Part shown: one piece after another, positions 40,201-53,900 of the stretch
Layout of the letters: each line of letters begins with the position of its first letter
Numbering within the stretch: the stretch's first letter is position 1
Assembly (NCBI GenBank): GCA_000708835.1
Contig: DF237140.1
Location: forward strand, 1 to 64,000
Direction: 5' to 3'
Length of the DNA: 64,000 nt
DNA from: Klebsormidium nitens
Taxonomy: Eukaryota > Plantae > Klebsormidiophyceae
Notes under the pieces: model-generated
Told to the model about the DNA's origin: nothing
Databases searched by the model: none
The model's input: only the letters and a program-made list of their open reading frames with translations
Made by a program: the position numbers and the translations under genes

Positions 40201-40898
40201 TGCATATCGGGCGCTGGGAGTTTTCAGGGGTGACGTGGCTCGCATTCCTTTCGCATTCTCTTGTGATGACCTTCTTACGTCATACTCACGGCACCATGCC
40301 ACAGCTGACGTCCTTGTTTCCCTCTTTATCCTTTATGAATCAGTCCGTTGAGGGCGTATTCTCTTAGCATGAACTGGGAGTTGGAAACCTGTAAGCTCGC
40401 CGCAGCATCTTCTGCTTGAGCCGTGACTCAGCCTGCCTCTCACTCGTCCGATCGGACTCCTCTTCTAATTTCAATTTCGAGACAAGAAAGTCAACTGCGC
40501 TAATCTTGTCTCACATTCCTTCGACGATTATTTGGTTGCGGCACGCCGGCCTGGAGAACAACCGGCGCCTTTGCAGTCCCTTGTCGATCTGTTGATTCAC
40601 CAAAGTTCTTGAAAAGTCCTTTGACCGGAAAACCTCGTATGCTTTTGCTTTACAGGGTTGGAAAACCCACTTCGGCTCCTGCAACATTTCGTACAGCCCC
40701 CTCTCAACGGGGCAGGGCGCGACCCTTGACGTTAGCACCGACACGTGTCCTCCGGGGGGCTACCTTATCCGGCTTCCAAGCCCTTTGCAGCTCAACTCGG
40801 GGGCGACAAGACTGACGGCAAATGCGAACGGCGACTTCCCCGTTGCTTGCAACGACACGACGAACCTGAATGTCTCCTCGAGTGACTTCTTTAACTGA
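31216..40898 (+). CDS. Secreted six-hairpin (alpha/alpha)6 glycosidase-like protein of unknown family, about 766 aa, 13 exons
   Basis: Exons 31216-31341, 31841-31982, 32468-32627, 33118-33254, 33581-33765, 34744-35012, 35221-35309, 35859-35961, 36561-36657, 37014-37185, 38688-39040, 39855-40079, 40656-40898; total 2301 nt, open. Hydrophobic N-terminus; 11 N-X-S/T sequons; motifs NYNTYNRDGMY, PFSGRVYPEADNPGE, DGYHPEF, AFDVAGLRAAA, YFPLATAHQGLLAG, GWFTPDEGG, PHGWSLAEFWHLLRESFLFEDGD, THFG. The fold assignment is recalled similarity to bacterial hypothetical glycosidases. Confidence 0.8.
33908..34215 (+). repeat. Two intronic copies of an exon 3' end plus donor site
   Basis: 33908-33995 and 34103-34215 repeat GTGCCTACCGGGCAGTCTG..CTCACGCTACCG|GTCAGT of the exon ending at 33765; both copies keep GT. 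Confidence 0.9.
34410..34700 (+). repeat. Two intronic copies of an acceptor plus exon 5' end
   Basis: Copies start at 34422 and 34585; the real exon starts at 34744. Shared GACGTC.TCGCCCC.GT.CT.GCCGG...TATGCCGTCGG.CACAA.TGGACGGCCATT. Confidence 0.9.
37530..38770 (+). repeat. Tandem array of 8 diverged copies of the 3' splice site plus exon start, followed by the true exon (glycosidase gene)
   Basis: Acceptor positions at 37557, 37713, 37813, 37969 (AG mutated to AA), 38125, 38281, 38381, 38532, and the real one at 38687. Spacings 156, 100, 156, 156, 156, 100, 151, 155. Each is followed by a variant of CCTTCGACGTGGCGGGCCTGCGCGC; the six full-length copies continue GGCCGCGCTCCTCGC. Confidence 0.95.
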
Positions 40899-42116
40899 CG
40901 GCGGCACTAGTTGCTTTAGAAGTTGCTTCGTAGAGGCTGGATAGAAGCTCGTGTGAGTGATGCGTGCCGGCTGATCTGCCGGCTTAAAATAGACACACAC
41001 ATTCTGCAAAAGAGTCAGACTGAAATTTCGATTCTAGTAGAGCTCGCTCATTACCATCAGTCTTTGATTCGACCAACTAGCAGCGAGCTCTGAAACTTAC
41101 TTCAATGTAGTATCGAACAACTTGGGTTGAAAGGCATTCAATACGCCGAAGGAGATCGGCACATGCGAGATCTACGAGCAAATAAAGTCTCCGTTTCTGC
41201 GGCAGCATTCTGCTGCTTCACAAACGAAGATGTGTTTCACCTTCGTCGGCTCACTCACGATTGCAAACTTGATCCACTCTGATCTCTTGATTCAAAACCG
41301 ACGAGGACGGTCAGGAATCACCCTATACATTTGAGCAGCTCGTGATACAAAGGTTTAACGATTTGCATCAATTGATATCAGGCCATCGCCCCCAATTCTC
41401 AGCTTGTATGTTCGACGAATAAACGTCCTGGTACCCCAGTTTGTGAGCAGTTTACAGTGACCTCCAATGATAAAGGAGGTACGGTGGATAAGCTGCCTTG
41501 GCGCACAGATGCACACAAGCGGCAAAACACAGCGATCTCTGCGCATATTAACTCCTCTTGACATGACTCATGCGTTCTCTAGCTATATCTAGCGCTCGTC
41601 CGCTCAAATAATTACGACTTTCCATCGATCCAGTTGCTGTCCTGCCCCGTTCAATCTCAGAGCCCATCTCGACCGTCGATGTTACTCTTGCAATATATCG
41701 GATGGCTACAAATTGTGTATCCGGTTTGCTACGAGGTTGCCTAAACTCTGGCCCGCTTGACACGTAACCACGCTGGCAGACACGTAACCAAGTTTGTGGC
41801 TGAGATTTCGCGCTGCAATTTGCAAAGCTTTGCAATGCTGCTGCCAATGCAGGCAACGCACTTTCCTGCAGGAGAAAGCACAGCGCAAGAAGGGTTTGCA
41901 GGAGCGCTCAAAAGGCGCATTTGAACTTTAGGGACCAGCAGGGTTGCTTGTGTATTGTGCCAGCCGAGTGCTGCGGGGGACACAGGGAGATTAGCATTCT
42001 ATATGAGAGTTCTTGAAGGATAAAGAGGAAGGTTGAGCAGAGGTCCTTAAGACGCTTGAAACAGGCACAGACAGGTGGACATACTCTTGCATTGCATCAG
42101 CACAGAAAGTATCATC

Positions 42117-45100
42117 ATGCTCCGCAACGTTGCGCAGGGGCTCTGCCGCCTGTCAGTCAATGCATCCGCAAAGAAGCTGCCTGCTTGCGCGGGATGCACT
42201 AACACTGTCCTGAAGAGGGGGTTTGCTGATGACAGCAGCCTGAAGAAGACGCCCTTGTATGACCTGCATGTGGAGCATGGGGCGAAGATGGTCCCATTTG
42301 CAGGCTACAGCATGCCAATCCAGGTACAGTACACCGTCTGTCGGCAACACATTCTCTGTTTTGGCCTGCGCTGACAGCCAAAGAGCAGAATGACGGACAT
42401 TGGTTTTACTTTCAACTCAATTGCATACTCACAGAAAAATTATGGACCTAGAGTTGTATCCAAATTTCGCTACAATGTGCCTCGAAGTGGCCGGAATGTG
42501 ATCTGATTGTCTTCTCTTACATCAAGGTGGGACGAAGACAGACCTTGGTCCAGTCGGTTGGACTTAAGCTCGTATGTCATTGCGGTCAGCAAGTCTTTGA
42601 GCATTGTTCTGCATACATGTCTTTTAATTAAGGGTTTTGAATGTTCATACATTTTGGCATATGTTTGGCTACATTGAATATGGCACCAAGCAATGCAATA
42701 AGTCGCTTTTTTACATTGTTGTTGTCGAGTTCATGTAGGACAGAGCTTGCGCAGCTTAGGGGCATTGTAATTCTTGCGTTATTCCACCAGCGGAACTGGA
42801 ACCATAAGCTCGCTGGACACAACAATTTGATTCTCCAGGTTCCGTTGTCAGACTCATTGATGATCGTACTTCATTGAGCTGCTGGGCAGTCCAGCTGCTT
42901 CAACTTCCATGTTTCGCTCCAGTAAAATTTTACTAAGAGGCACTTCCGACAACAGATTTTGAAGCAGAATGGCCGTCAACTTACCCGAGGAACCTAGCTA
43001 AGCAGTGTCGACTAGAAGGTGCTGAATTGTGCACATCCTGCACCCAATTGGCGACTGGTCAGGCTCCTCTGTCCCGTACAGTAGGCTCCTCGCTCAGGCT
43101 CTCAGCTCCGAAATCATCAATCCCCTTCACACAATGTTGCACAAGTAAGTACGGGCAACCAAGGACCTGGAGTCCAGCCTTTGATCATTTTTTTCTCCAA
43201 ACGTTTCAATCATGCACCTCATTCTCTTTCCAGTACAAGGACAGCATCATGGACTCGACCATCAACTGCCGCAAGAACGGCAGCCTCTTTGACGTGTCGC
43301 ACATGTGCGGGCTCAGCCTAAAGGGGAAGGACGCCATCCCGTTCCTGGAGAAGCTGGTGGTTGGAGACATTGCCGGTCTTAAGGACAACTCCGGCTCGCT
43401 CAGCGTGTTCACCAATGAGAAAGGCGGGATCATTGATGACACTGTGGTCACGAAGGTGCGGAAATGTATCGATTGTTGTTGTGGCTGGAAGTCGGAGTGC
43501 AATAGCATCAGCATGTTACTTTCGCCGGAAGGCAGTACGGCCTTTGGCAGCCCTACTCGCACTCCAGGCTCATTATCCACAATTGACTGAGAAGATTGCA
43601 ATGCCAGAACGTGGTGCATCCTATACTTATGACCAGAACGGCCCTCCATTGCATACTGCTTCTGCCTGATTATGCATACTTTCTTCCAATCTATCCAGAT
43701 TGAGATGGGAGGATAAGTTCTGAAACGGCTATGATTTGTCGCACCGTTGCTTGTGCAGTTGATTGCGTGTCTCCATGACTTCATGAGGAAAGACTACGGC
43801 TGCACTTTGGCTATGCACCCGTAGCTGCAGGGCCATCTTTGAAATCATGCGCGCTTCATAAGCTCCGGTTGTGTGCAGGTCAACGACAAGTGGCTCTACC
43901 TGGTTGTGAATGCTGGATGCAGAGACAAGGATCTCGAGTGGATTGAGGGGCACCTCGCTAAAGAGAAGGTGAGGGTCGAGGCAAACACTTGCATGACTTT
44001 GAGCAGAGGGAATTAGCAGTAGTGCGAGGATGAGCATTCAAACAGGGGCTTTGCAAGCGCCCTCCTTGAGTATCAACGCCAGCTGCGAATTTACTGAGGG
44101 ACGGTCTGCATTGGCAAGGGTAGTCCGTTCATGTCGTGACAGTCTTGGTCTTGTTGCTTTCTCCAGGAATGTGGGGCCATATTGGGTTGGTATTCGGAAA
44201 ATTGTTGGTGAAGTGCTCGCCGGAGGGTCTTCAAAGTATCTGTGTTTCTCACTAGGGACCACAAAAGTCGGTATGGAGAAGCGAACAATAAATATCGGTT
44301 GCAAGGAAGCTAGTCTTGGGGCAAATGAAAAAGTTGGTGCAGAAGCATGTGCTGACAAGATAGTTTGGTTACATCGAAACGGAATTGCAGACTGCTGGCA
44401 CAGATCCAATCGCTCTGTTTTAGCAGCGATGTGCTCTTCATACCACCACCTTCATACGTTCTTCCAGTCAGGCTGGTTTCCAAAGTACAAAATACAGAAC
44501 CGACCCGTCGGACGAAGGCTAGGACATTCCCAGAATTTATAGGAACATCCGGAACCATCTTTTTCCTCCCTCGCAAGCCACTCAGAAAGAGGTGTCAAAT
44601 CGCCTTGACGGCTCAACGGTCCGTTTAATCAAGTTGTCAATAAGCATTGCACTTCTGTTGAAAATGTTTATTGTGAGTGGGACTCGTACTCGTTTCAACC
44701 TTGGTCAGAAGCACCTTCTGCACCGTGCGGGCGACTTGAACCGACGCCTTGATCCATCTTCCCAATACCCCCGTCACCTCCACAAACGACCTTTTTATAG
44801 ACACTTCTATCCCCATCTTCACGTCGTTTTTCCCGACCAGAGACCAGTGCTACTTTCACATAAGTGCAAATAGAATCATGTGGAAGACCGTCACGAAGTG
44901 GAACCGGAAACCCGTCCAATCCACATCGTTTCTCCTTGCAGGCCGCTGGCAAGGACGTCTCGATCCACATCCACGACGAGAAGTCGCTGCTGGCAGTACA
45001 GGGCCCGTTGGCCGCCCCTGCGGTGCAGTCGCTGATGAAAGGCGTCGACCTGAGCAAGATGTACTTCAGCGACTTTGGCGTGCTAAAGATCAACGGCGTT

Positions 45101-46847
45101 GAGTGCTACCTTACGCGCACGGGGTGAGAATACGTCAGCGGGATGGCTTCTTCCTCCGAGATATTGCCACTTTCGAGCTGACTTTTCGGCCTCTGAGCTC
45201 GCTTTGCTTCGCACATGGTACCGAGTGGGCGAATCACCAAGCCGTGCGGTGGCCCCACTTGAAAGACTCTTCTACTCTTCATGCTGAGGCTAAGAGGAGT
45301 CTCTTGGAAAGACGATGGTGTCAAGACCGGCGGCTGCCTTTGGAATGCCACCTGTCCCGTAAAAGCAACCACGACTCCCAAAGTGTCCCGAAACCTCCAT
45401 ACAGTGCTTCGACTGCAATCCTAAGGCCGGAGTTTGTTTTTTCAAACCTCGTGAATACGCAGCAGAAGATGGCTTCTGGACAAGATCTCGGTTTCAATCT
45501 AGTATGCAGAAAAGCGTCGATGAAAGTATCCGACCTGAACCTTCCACCGCCACTTTTCTGGCATAATGACCCGATGAGGATGACCTCAAAATTATATCGC
45601 AGACTCGAATGATTTCATCTTCCGAAACGAACAGGCTCAAAGCGTCCACCTGAATAACTTCCAATGAAACCTCTAGACCAGCAAACCCTCACAGATACAC
45701 CGGCGAGGACGGCCTCTACAAAAGCCCAGACTTGACTTTGTATATCTTACAACATAATCGCTTTGAACCGTCCGGTCACCTTTTCAACATGCTGTACAAT
45801 AACAACCCTCTGGTTGATGCAGGTACACCGGCGAGGACGGCTTCGAAATCAGCGTTCCGAACGAAGCTGCCGTGTCGCTCACTAACGCGATCCTGGAGGC
45901 GGAGAGCCAGATCCGGCTGACGGGGCTGGGCGCGCGCGACAGCCTGCGGCTCGAGGCCGGGCTGTGCCTCTACGGGAACGATCTGGATGAGGACACGACG
46001 CCTATTGAGGCGGGGCTGACGTGGACTGTGGGCAAGCGGCGGCGGAGCGAGGGGGGCTTCATGGGGTCTGAGGTGAGGGGGATTGAGGGCTAGGAGGTGT
46101 CAAGTCATGATGATGTCGGTCCTGGCTCATCACAATAATTTGGATAAAGTGTTGATTGGTATCACTTATAGGTAGAATGGCTGTTCGTCATTGCAGTGGT
46201 ATCAACGTTCGAATTCCCTAAGATACCATGTGAGATTCGGATTGTCGTGGTTGAGGCTGCTTAGTATGGAGAAAGACAGCGGTTCGATTAACAACAAATC
46301 GAGGTTTATTTGCAAGCCTGCACTTTTGGGAGGCCTCGAACAGCTGTTAGAAGAGTTGTCACCAACTTTGCAAGCCCTTCTTATCTGATTTTGGAGCGAC
46401 CAAGCTTAACCGGAAGTCAGATTCGTTCGTATTCATTGGTTGTCCAAGAACAAGATCCTCTTGTCCCCGTGCTTTGATCACCTATCGACTTAGGACCACC
46501 TTTCAACAATAAATGCGCCACTGTCTGATATAAGTTTCCTCGTGCAACAGACCATCCTGCAGCAGATCAAGGACGGGCCCACCAGGCGGCGTGTCGGGTT
46601 CGTCGCGTCCGGCGCGCCCGCCCGGCACCACTGTAAAATGCTGAGCAGCGATGGGGAGGTCATCGGTGAGGTTTCAAGCGGAGGCTTCAGCCCGAACCTG
46701 AAGCAAAACATTGGCATGGGTTACGTGGCAACTGGCCACCACAAAGCTGGGACTAAGATCAAGGTGGAGGTACGCGGGAGGGTCAACGAGGGAACCGTCA
46801 CAAAGATGCCGTTTGTGCCCGCCCACTACTATAAGCCCCCGAAGTAA
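42117..46847 (+). CDS. GCVT: Glycine cleavage system T protein (aminomethyltransferase), mitochondrial, 6 exons
   Basis: Exons 42117-42323, 43234-43455, 43879-43968, 44942-45123, 45823-46072, 46551-46847. [105 protein letters not shown]. Confidence 0.98.
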
Positions 46848-47916
46848 TCGGGCGTTGCTTGAAAGAGCACGGCTGTAGGATCAGCATGCTTGCTTGTTGG
46901 AAGGACTTTGGTAGGCGTGTTGGTAGCCCCAGCGAGATTGGAGCGAAAAAGTTGAGTTGCATGTACTACCATTTGAACGCAAGTCCGAGCACCTTTGACG
47001 GTCAAGATGTTCGATCTTGTATGCAGCTTCGCAAATTGAATAGTGGACTTACGGCGCACTGCACTGCTTCATCACAAGTCCTTGAAGTTTCTCTCAATGA
47101 TCAAGACGGTGCCTACAGCATGCTAATGTATGTCAACTTGGACAACGATACTGCTGCAGAGATGCAGCCTAGCCATATTATCGCCAATCCTAGAAGGTCA
47201 ATGTCAATCATTTCTGGACTATGTATAGTCAATATTGGATTTCCTTACGGTTCACCTCTAGTTTGTCAGTTGCATTTGTCAACTTGGGCGGCCACCAATC
47301 AAATAGCAGATCGACTGAGGAGCATGAGCTGTCCAGCTCAAATCCTCACGACAGGAAGACTGCCGCTGATGCAACGGCAATGCGACCATTTGATTGAGTG
47401 CTCCAGGTACCCATGAGCGTGTAGCAAAATTGAAGCGACTACCTACGTGCAACCACTGGCCGAAAAAGTCCATGCAAGAGTGAAGGTCTTATGCGGGTTC
47501 GAACCTCGGGGTTTTTTAGGGCAGCTCGTGCGCGTTCGATTAGGAGCTGCGGCGTGCGCACGACAGGTCAACGAGAGAAGCCACCGTGGACAGGCTTCGG
47601 CCCTCGATGCTTCTGGATATCCACATCGTACGGCAATTGTGCCTCCGAACCCCTGATGCTCAGAATATCTGGCGCATGCAGTCTGCAAATCATGCAATGC
47701 TGGGCCCTCCACCAGACGCCCTGAGGTTGTAGGATTCAGATCTTGCTGCAGCTAGAGAGGAATCCAGGCGCCCCACTTAGGAACAATAAGAGGGTTCTAA
47801 ACGCGCTTTGCTCACTCTGCCGCAGCATTATATGCTAGCATACAGAGCGGGAAGAGCGACCTTCTGCAGGGACAGGTGTTGAGCTGCGGGTATCCAGTTC
47901 TCCCTCCGTGTGGAAC

Positions 47917-50900
47917 ATGGTGTCAGCTGGTACAGCCGCTTGTAAGGCATCCCTGGCGCAGCATTGTCTGACACCAGTTGCCCAGCGCTCGTGCAAATGC
48001 GACAGCTGGCAGCGGCCAGTCCCGGGGCATGGACCTAAGTCCCAGTTAAAGGGGCTGGAAGCTAGGAGGTTTGTACAGGTGGTGCTTAGTGCCGTAGGGA
48101 GAAAAGGATGGGCGGGGTCGGCGCTTTCAGAGGGGAGGAGAAGCAAGAAAGGTTTGCCTTCACAAGGTGAGCGGAGGTTGCTCGTTAGTTTTTCTTTTTG
48201 CATTTTCCTGTTCCGCTTATTTCATGGCTGGACCTGTGTTAGGGTTGGTTTCGACGGTCTTAAGATAGGCCCTCACCTAAAGTAGAAGCTATCAAGGAAT
48301 GTAAGGAATGTATACATCAATCTTAAGTTTGCGCTTTCGAGTGGCCAAAATTAGTGTTGGGGCTAGGATGTGGCCAAGTCCTGCAGGTTTGGGGTTTGCC
48401 AACTGGTTGTGTTACTCACTTTTTGATAAGTATGAGATGTACTTAGGATCTCGAAGCAATGCTGCTACAGTGTAGTTAGGCACTTTTCATTTCTAACTTT
48501 GTAAAGAGTTTCCAGATTTGAGGGCCTTTTTGAGCAGAGGCAAATATATTTTCTCTGTGTCCCCTAAGTCTCCTCGAAGCATAACCACAGCATTGCTCAA
48601 AGGGTTCAAAACGCAACCACGGCACTGTCCCAAAGGTTTCTGGCACAGCGTTCTTTGCGAGCGCTCCTTATTGACAGTCCCTTAAAGCCATTCCTGCCGC
48701 GCTCGTGGCCCTTAAGTTTCGGTTCGTTTCAAGGTTCTGGTCCTTACTGCCCCTTAATTCACCTTTTGTTTGTCCATGCGAAACAGCTTGTCACTTCTTG
48801 ACTTGTACTTTTAGAGCAGTCTGAAGCTATCTGAATCAGGGTTTCCCATAGATTTTTTGGCAGCCAGTCATTGAGCCGGTGCCTTCTACCGGCCAGAAGT
48901 TCCTCACGGCCTTCAAGCCGGCGGCCGGCATCCTCTCAATCGTGCTGGCCCGGTACCCCATAAAGCCCCTTACATGAAACCCAAGTGCATTTCGGCGCTC
49001 CATACCAATTTTGGGCACAGATAGAGCCATTTTGGGCTGTTTGGAACGTCGACAAGCGAAAAATGAGGATTTTACAGCTAAGTGCGATGCATGTGGTATA
49101 AGGTTCAGCCGGTGGGGTATGGTTTCTACCGGCTGCAAGCCGGCAAGCGAGCCGGCAGGGTGCCTTCGGCACCGGCTGGTCCTTCTCTCCAACCGGCTGA
49201 GATCGCCACTAAAGCCCGCCAATGGGAATCCCTGATCTGAATGGTTGTTTCAATGTTACTCGGAAGCAAGTATTGCAGTAGAAGACGAACTTAGAAGACT
49301 AGTTTTTGCTACTTGAGATGCTCTCTGTCCTGGTCAATCTTGCTTTCGAAAATCGAAGGTTCTGATTTGTTTTTGGGGTGCATCGTTGGAACGTAGTCAC
49401 ACGCATTTTCTTGGACGGGGTTCCAAGCCCCTGGTCAAGTGGTACCTCCCTGCTCCCATGCACCCCAAGTATCCCTCCTCTTTTCTTGTGGCTTATGAGT
49501 TGTGGCTTCGATTAGCGCAGCGTAACTTCAAGCAGGTTAGAAAGCCCTGAAGTTCAGAAGCCTAGTTGCGAAAAGGCTTCCACATGGAGAGCTTCTGGAA
49601 CCTGGACCCCTCCAAACCCTAAAAACCCTCAAGCGTAGGAGCATGGGTTTTAGGATTTTACTAGGGGCTGCCCCTTGACTGCTGCATCTCAGACTATGTC
49701 AAATACATCCCATGGAAGTCCGAGTTGACTGCTTCCATTAGTGGATTCTTGAGTTACACTCATAAGGCCATTCTCTTAGGTCCATGGCCCTCCTGTTGAC
49801 GTTCCTAAAGCCTGAGAATGCCAGGTGCAGAAAGCTTAACGCCTCTGTTCTGAGGACCCCTTCCGTTGTTTGGGCGTTTCGCTCTCTCAGACTTTGTGCA
49901 CACTCGCTGTAAGTACTCTCACAACCGATTGATCAGAACTCCGAAAAGAAAGAAGTTGCCTTGAAGGTCCCCGTTTCTTTGAGCCCCTCGCCCCCCAACT
50001 GCTTACGATGCGGCAAACCCAGACAGCTTAGCTGCATTGGATTGCTGCAAACACCATGAGAAGAATCATGTCAAAAGCCCCAAAGCTTTCCTTTTTAAGA
50101 TTGCAGTCAATAGATTCGGACTCTTTGTACAGGCGCTCACACTGGTGTCCGAGCGTCCGCCTCGGACGGCGACCGCAAGTCCACGGCGACCGCAGAACGG
50201 CCGTCGGAAGCGGAGGACCGTGCAGACACGCTGCTGCGGGGCATGACGTTTGCGGAGCTGTGCAATGACTTCGAGTGCAACAGCAGCCCGCAGGTGCGCC
50301 ACACTGATGAGCTTGCTTTGAACGATTTCTCTACAGCACCTTATGATGATTGCTTTGAAAGCCCTGTTCACTTTTGACAGGTTGGAACTGCAAAATTTTG
50401 TGACGGTAAACACAACACGGCACTCGGCATCTTGAGACTCTCACCAACGCATCACATCATAGATCGACATAGAGGAATTGTGTTGGGGTGACGTTCTGTC
50501 CCCTTCTTCACCTTAAAGATCGGGAGGGCTGGTTTGCCCTCCGGAACCCCCCGCTTTAGTTTTTTGGGTCTTCGTCTCATGGCATGTGTTGATCGATAAG
50601 TAGTGTTTCTGTGAACCAGGGAGAGCTGTAGGGCAAGTTTGATTGCCTCATCTCAACAATCGAGAGATCATGGCAAGTTTCAAAATGTTGGTCTCTACCC
50701 GCTGTCCTGTTTTGCTTGTTAGAGTTCGTAATCTTATTGTGAATTCAACCTTGTTGTTTGCAGGTGCGAAACACAGCGCGTCAGCTGGTTAAAGATATCC
50801 TGGAGATCAAGGAGGGTGCGCGCTCGACGGGGGTGTTTGCAAAGGACGTGCAGTATAAGGTGAGGTCCAACCACCTTTCAATAATGTTTTTCTGGCGATG

Positions 50901-53900
50901 AGAAAAGAGAGAGAGAGGGAGGGAGGGAGACAGACTCGGAGCCGCAACCCATTATAGTCCGTGCTAGTGTTGGTCAATGGTAAGGAGAACTTAAAGAGGG
51001 TGTAAGCTGGACTTATCAGACTGAGACTCTCTGAGAACATGGACTCAATATACTCGTAGTCCAACGTGATGATTCCGAACGCTTTTATTTTGAATTAGTT
51101 TCCAACAATCCGACCAGGAAAGAGGATTTTATTTATGCTGATTCCGACAAGAATCCGAATGCCCTATGGTCTCACTTGGAAGGGGAGTTTTTGGCTGCGT
51201 ATGGCAGTTTTACGGCTTCCGAGGACCTTTTCAAGATTAGTTCAACTTTCCGAATTTTCACTTTCCGAATGGAGAATCTGAATATCTGACATTCCAATAG
51301 CAAATATTTGTTTATTTATCCGGAATCATCACCTTGGAGTACAAAACCTCTCCTCAAGTCCACATGGACAAGTTGGATAGGCTGCTGTCATGAAGCGGGG
51401 AATCAGGGTGCTGGTTGCCACCCGGCATCTGAGCAGCCCTGTGATGCTCGTGTTGATGCTAAGTGGCAGAATGCGGAAAAGAAGCTGGCGTTGGAGATGG
51501 CAGAATGGGCGGCCAAGGTTGCTTTTGATTGTGTGGGTACATACCAATGTGCGGGGAACTTTTCAAGTAGCCGCCTTTCGTCAGAATACCTTTAAAACGC
51601 GCGATCGTCTATATTTCGTGCTCAGGCGCAAGTACTTTAGGGTGTGGAAAATCGCGTTTGCCCCCAACTATCCCGTACTTGCGGCTAACGGTGACTTCGT
51701 CAGTCAAAGTCAAAGCCTGCCAGGGCTTTCCTGGAGCGCCCTTCAACCCAAATTTCATCCCGTTTGTGCCCTGTTTGATCCTCATTTGGCATACCCCATA
51801 GGTTGCTTGAAGTCTGGTAACATTTGACGTCATCTCGTAGTGTTCGAGTTGGGTGTTAAGGCATTGAATTGACTAGGATGGGTACGTTACCTTCAATACT
51901 CGGAATGAGAAGTCCAGAAAAAACTGATTTTTCGGTCGCCTCAAGAACGTCACTTTGGATCGTCGGACGATTAGATTTCTGGAGAAAGAGCAGGTCTGGG
52001 GTGCTTGAAAATTTTGTGGGCTCTGTCATACTGTGGTGAAGACGAGGAGATACAGCGAAGAGCACATTATGGTCGTGCTCAGATTCACATTGGCTCCGTT
52101 ATTACTAACATGTAGTTGCGAAGCCTCAAGAAGAGCTAGTCCTTCAGTGTTGTGACGTCAGCTCCACTTTCTGCAACAGGACCCGCTCCGGTCCTTCAAG
52201 GGCCGCTCCAAGTACCGCCGGCTTACATACATCCGGAGCGCTTTGAACGACCCCGTCGTGGTAAGCACGCGATATCTCCTGCGGCAAACGTTGTGCACGA
52301 CTTTGTCTCTACCCGAACTCATCGTGTCCAGCTCCGTCTGACGTCCTAGGCGCCCCTTTCCCGTGAACTTGCGCTTTAGCGGGTAGAGCGTCTGCCCTTC
52401 ACGCGCTCTCTTTTGCCTCGCTGCTCCCGTGTAGTTTGAATCTTGTGCGCCTTCGCGGCAAACTTTCTTGCGGAGCCGGTCTCTGATGCCGGAATCCCAT
52501 ACTGGCACGATTATAGAGTCGGACTTGTATAGAAGGGTCCCAAGCACGGAAAGATTACCTTTTTAGGGAGTGTTGTGCGGAAGACTGCACAGAAGTTGAG
52601 CTCTTCCTGTGAATCTTGAAGGCAGGAATATATCCCATGCAATGTTTGACGTGCAGGCTCCTTAGTCTTCGTTGTTCGAAGTCGAGCGATCTGGTTCAAA
52701 GGAAAGCTGCTGTGCAGAACAGGAAGACCCCAAACCACCACCAAAGTAAACCGGGCTCAGAGTCTCGGATGGAAGCCACGGCTTTCGCTGATCTCTTTCT
52801 GAAATCAGGGATTGAGCTCCTGGGCTAATCGACAAGGAATTAGTGGGATTGATCTTCATAGTAATCATTTACAACTCTTCATAGTAATCATTTACAACTG
52901 ACATGTCGTTCCTCTCGAGGAACCAGCCGCACTGTTTTCTGTAATTAGAAGGTCAGTGTGGCATGCCTGGAAAGATGAGTGGAAAGCGCTGGGCAGCTAC
53001 GAACCGCACCTAGAACCGGAACGTTCCTTTCTTCAGTCCACCCACACTCGTACCTTCTCTGGAAACCCCAGATCGACTCCTCGCTCTACTTTCTGAATTG
53101 CCTTGATTCTCTATCTGGAACCCCAAATTGACGGTCTACTTTCTGAATCGCCTTGATTACCTATTATCGACTCACTCGACCGTTTGCTTTTGGACAGGCC
53201 GTACAAGAAATGAAGATGCTCAGCACGAGTTCACTCGTCATCAAGTGGAGTTTCCGGGGGAAGCCGCGGACGCCGCCCGCGTCTCTGCTGCCGGGGGACG
53301 TCGTTGTGGGCATCACTTCTACCTTCGAGCTGAACCAAATCAGTGGCCAGGTGCGTGAAGACTGTTCAAATCGCGCTCGGCTGAGCTCGTTTTCCATTTT
53401 CGATTGTACTGCGAACCCTGTGGAGGGAGGGCTTTGCAAGTTTGAAAAGCCTTCGTCATCTGTTTGCAAAAGCACTTGCTTAGTGCGGGCTCCTCTCGAT
53501 CTAAGAAAGAGAGCAATAGGAGCATCTTAGAAATGCCCGAGACAACACGGAGTCAGAGTTGCGCATGTTTGCGAGGCCGTTCTGCGGGTTTCATGTGTTG
53601 GGCCGCGTTTGATTACGGTCTGGTCGTCGATCGGATCCGTGAAACACTGATTACAATAAGAACCGTGGAGAGATGCTTGTTTGGCTAAGGTACCTTCCTA
53701 CTATGTTCCCCGTAACCTTTCATTGACGCAAATATAGGCAGGCTTCTGCTAGTTGTGCAATCTATGGTTTCTGGTCAAGCCTCCGTCGACTTTTCTCTTG
53801 TCTCTCTTGATTATCGCCGCGACATGAAAGCACTCTGCTCCTTTGCGCCACTGACTCTCTCTCTTGCACCGATTTTCTTGCATCTCGTCTTCCTCGCGTT

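Noticed and set aside
40511-41009. Minus-strand ORFs downstream of the glycosidase PHGW exon
   Set aside because: They largely overlap the last glycosidase exon (40656-40898) on the opposite strand.
49614-49660. AAACCCTAAAAACCCT and GGTTTTAGG telomere-like motifs
   Set aside because: Too short and degenerate to call an interstitial telomeric repeat.
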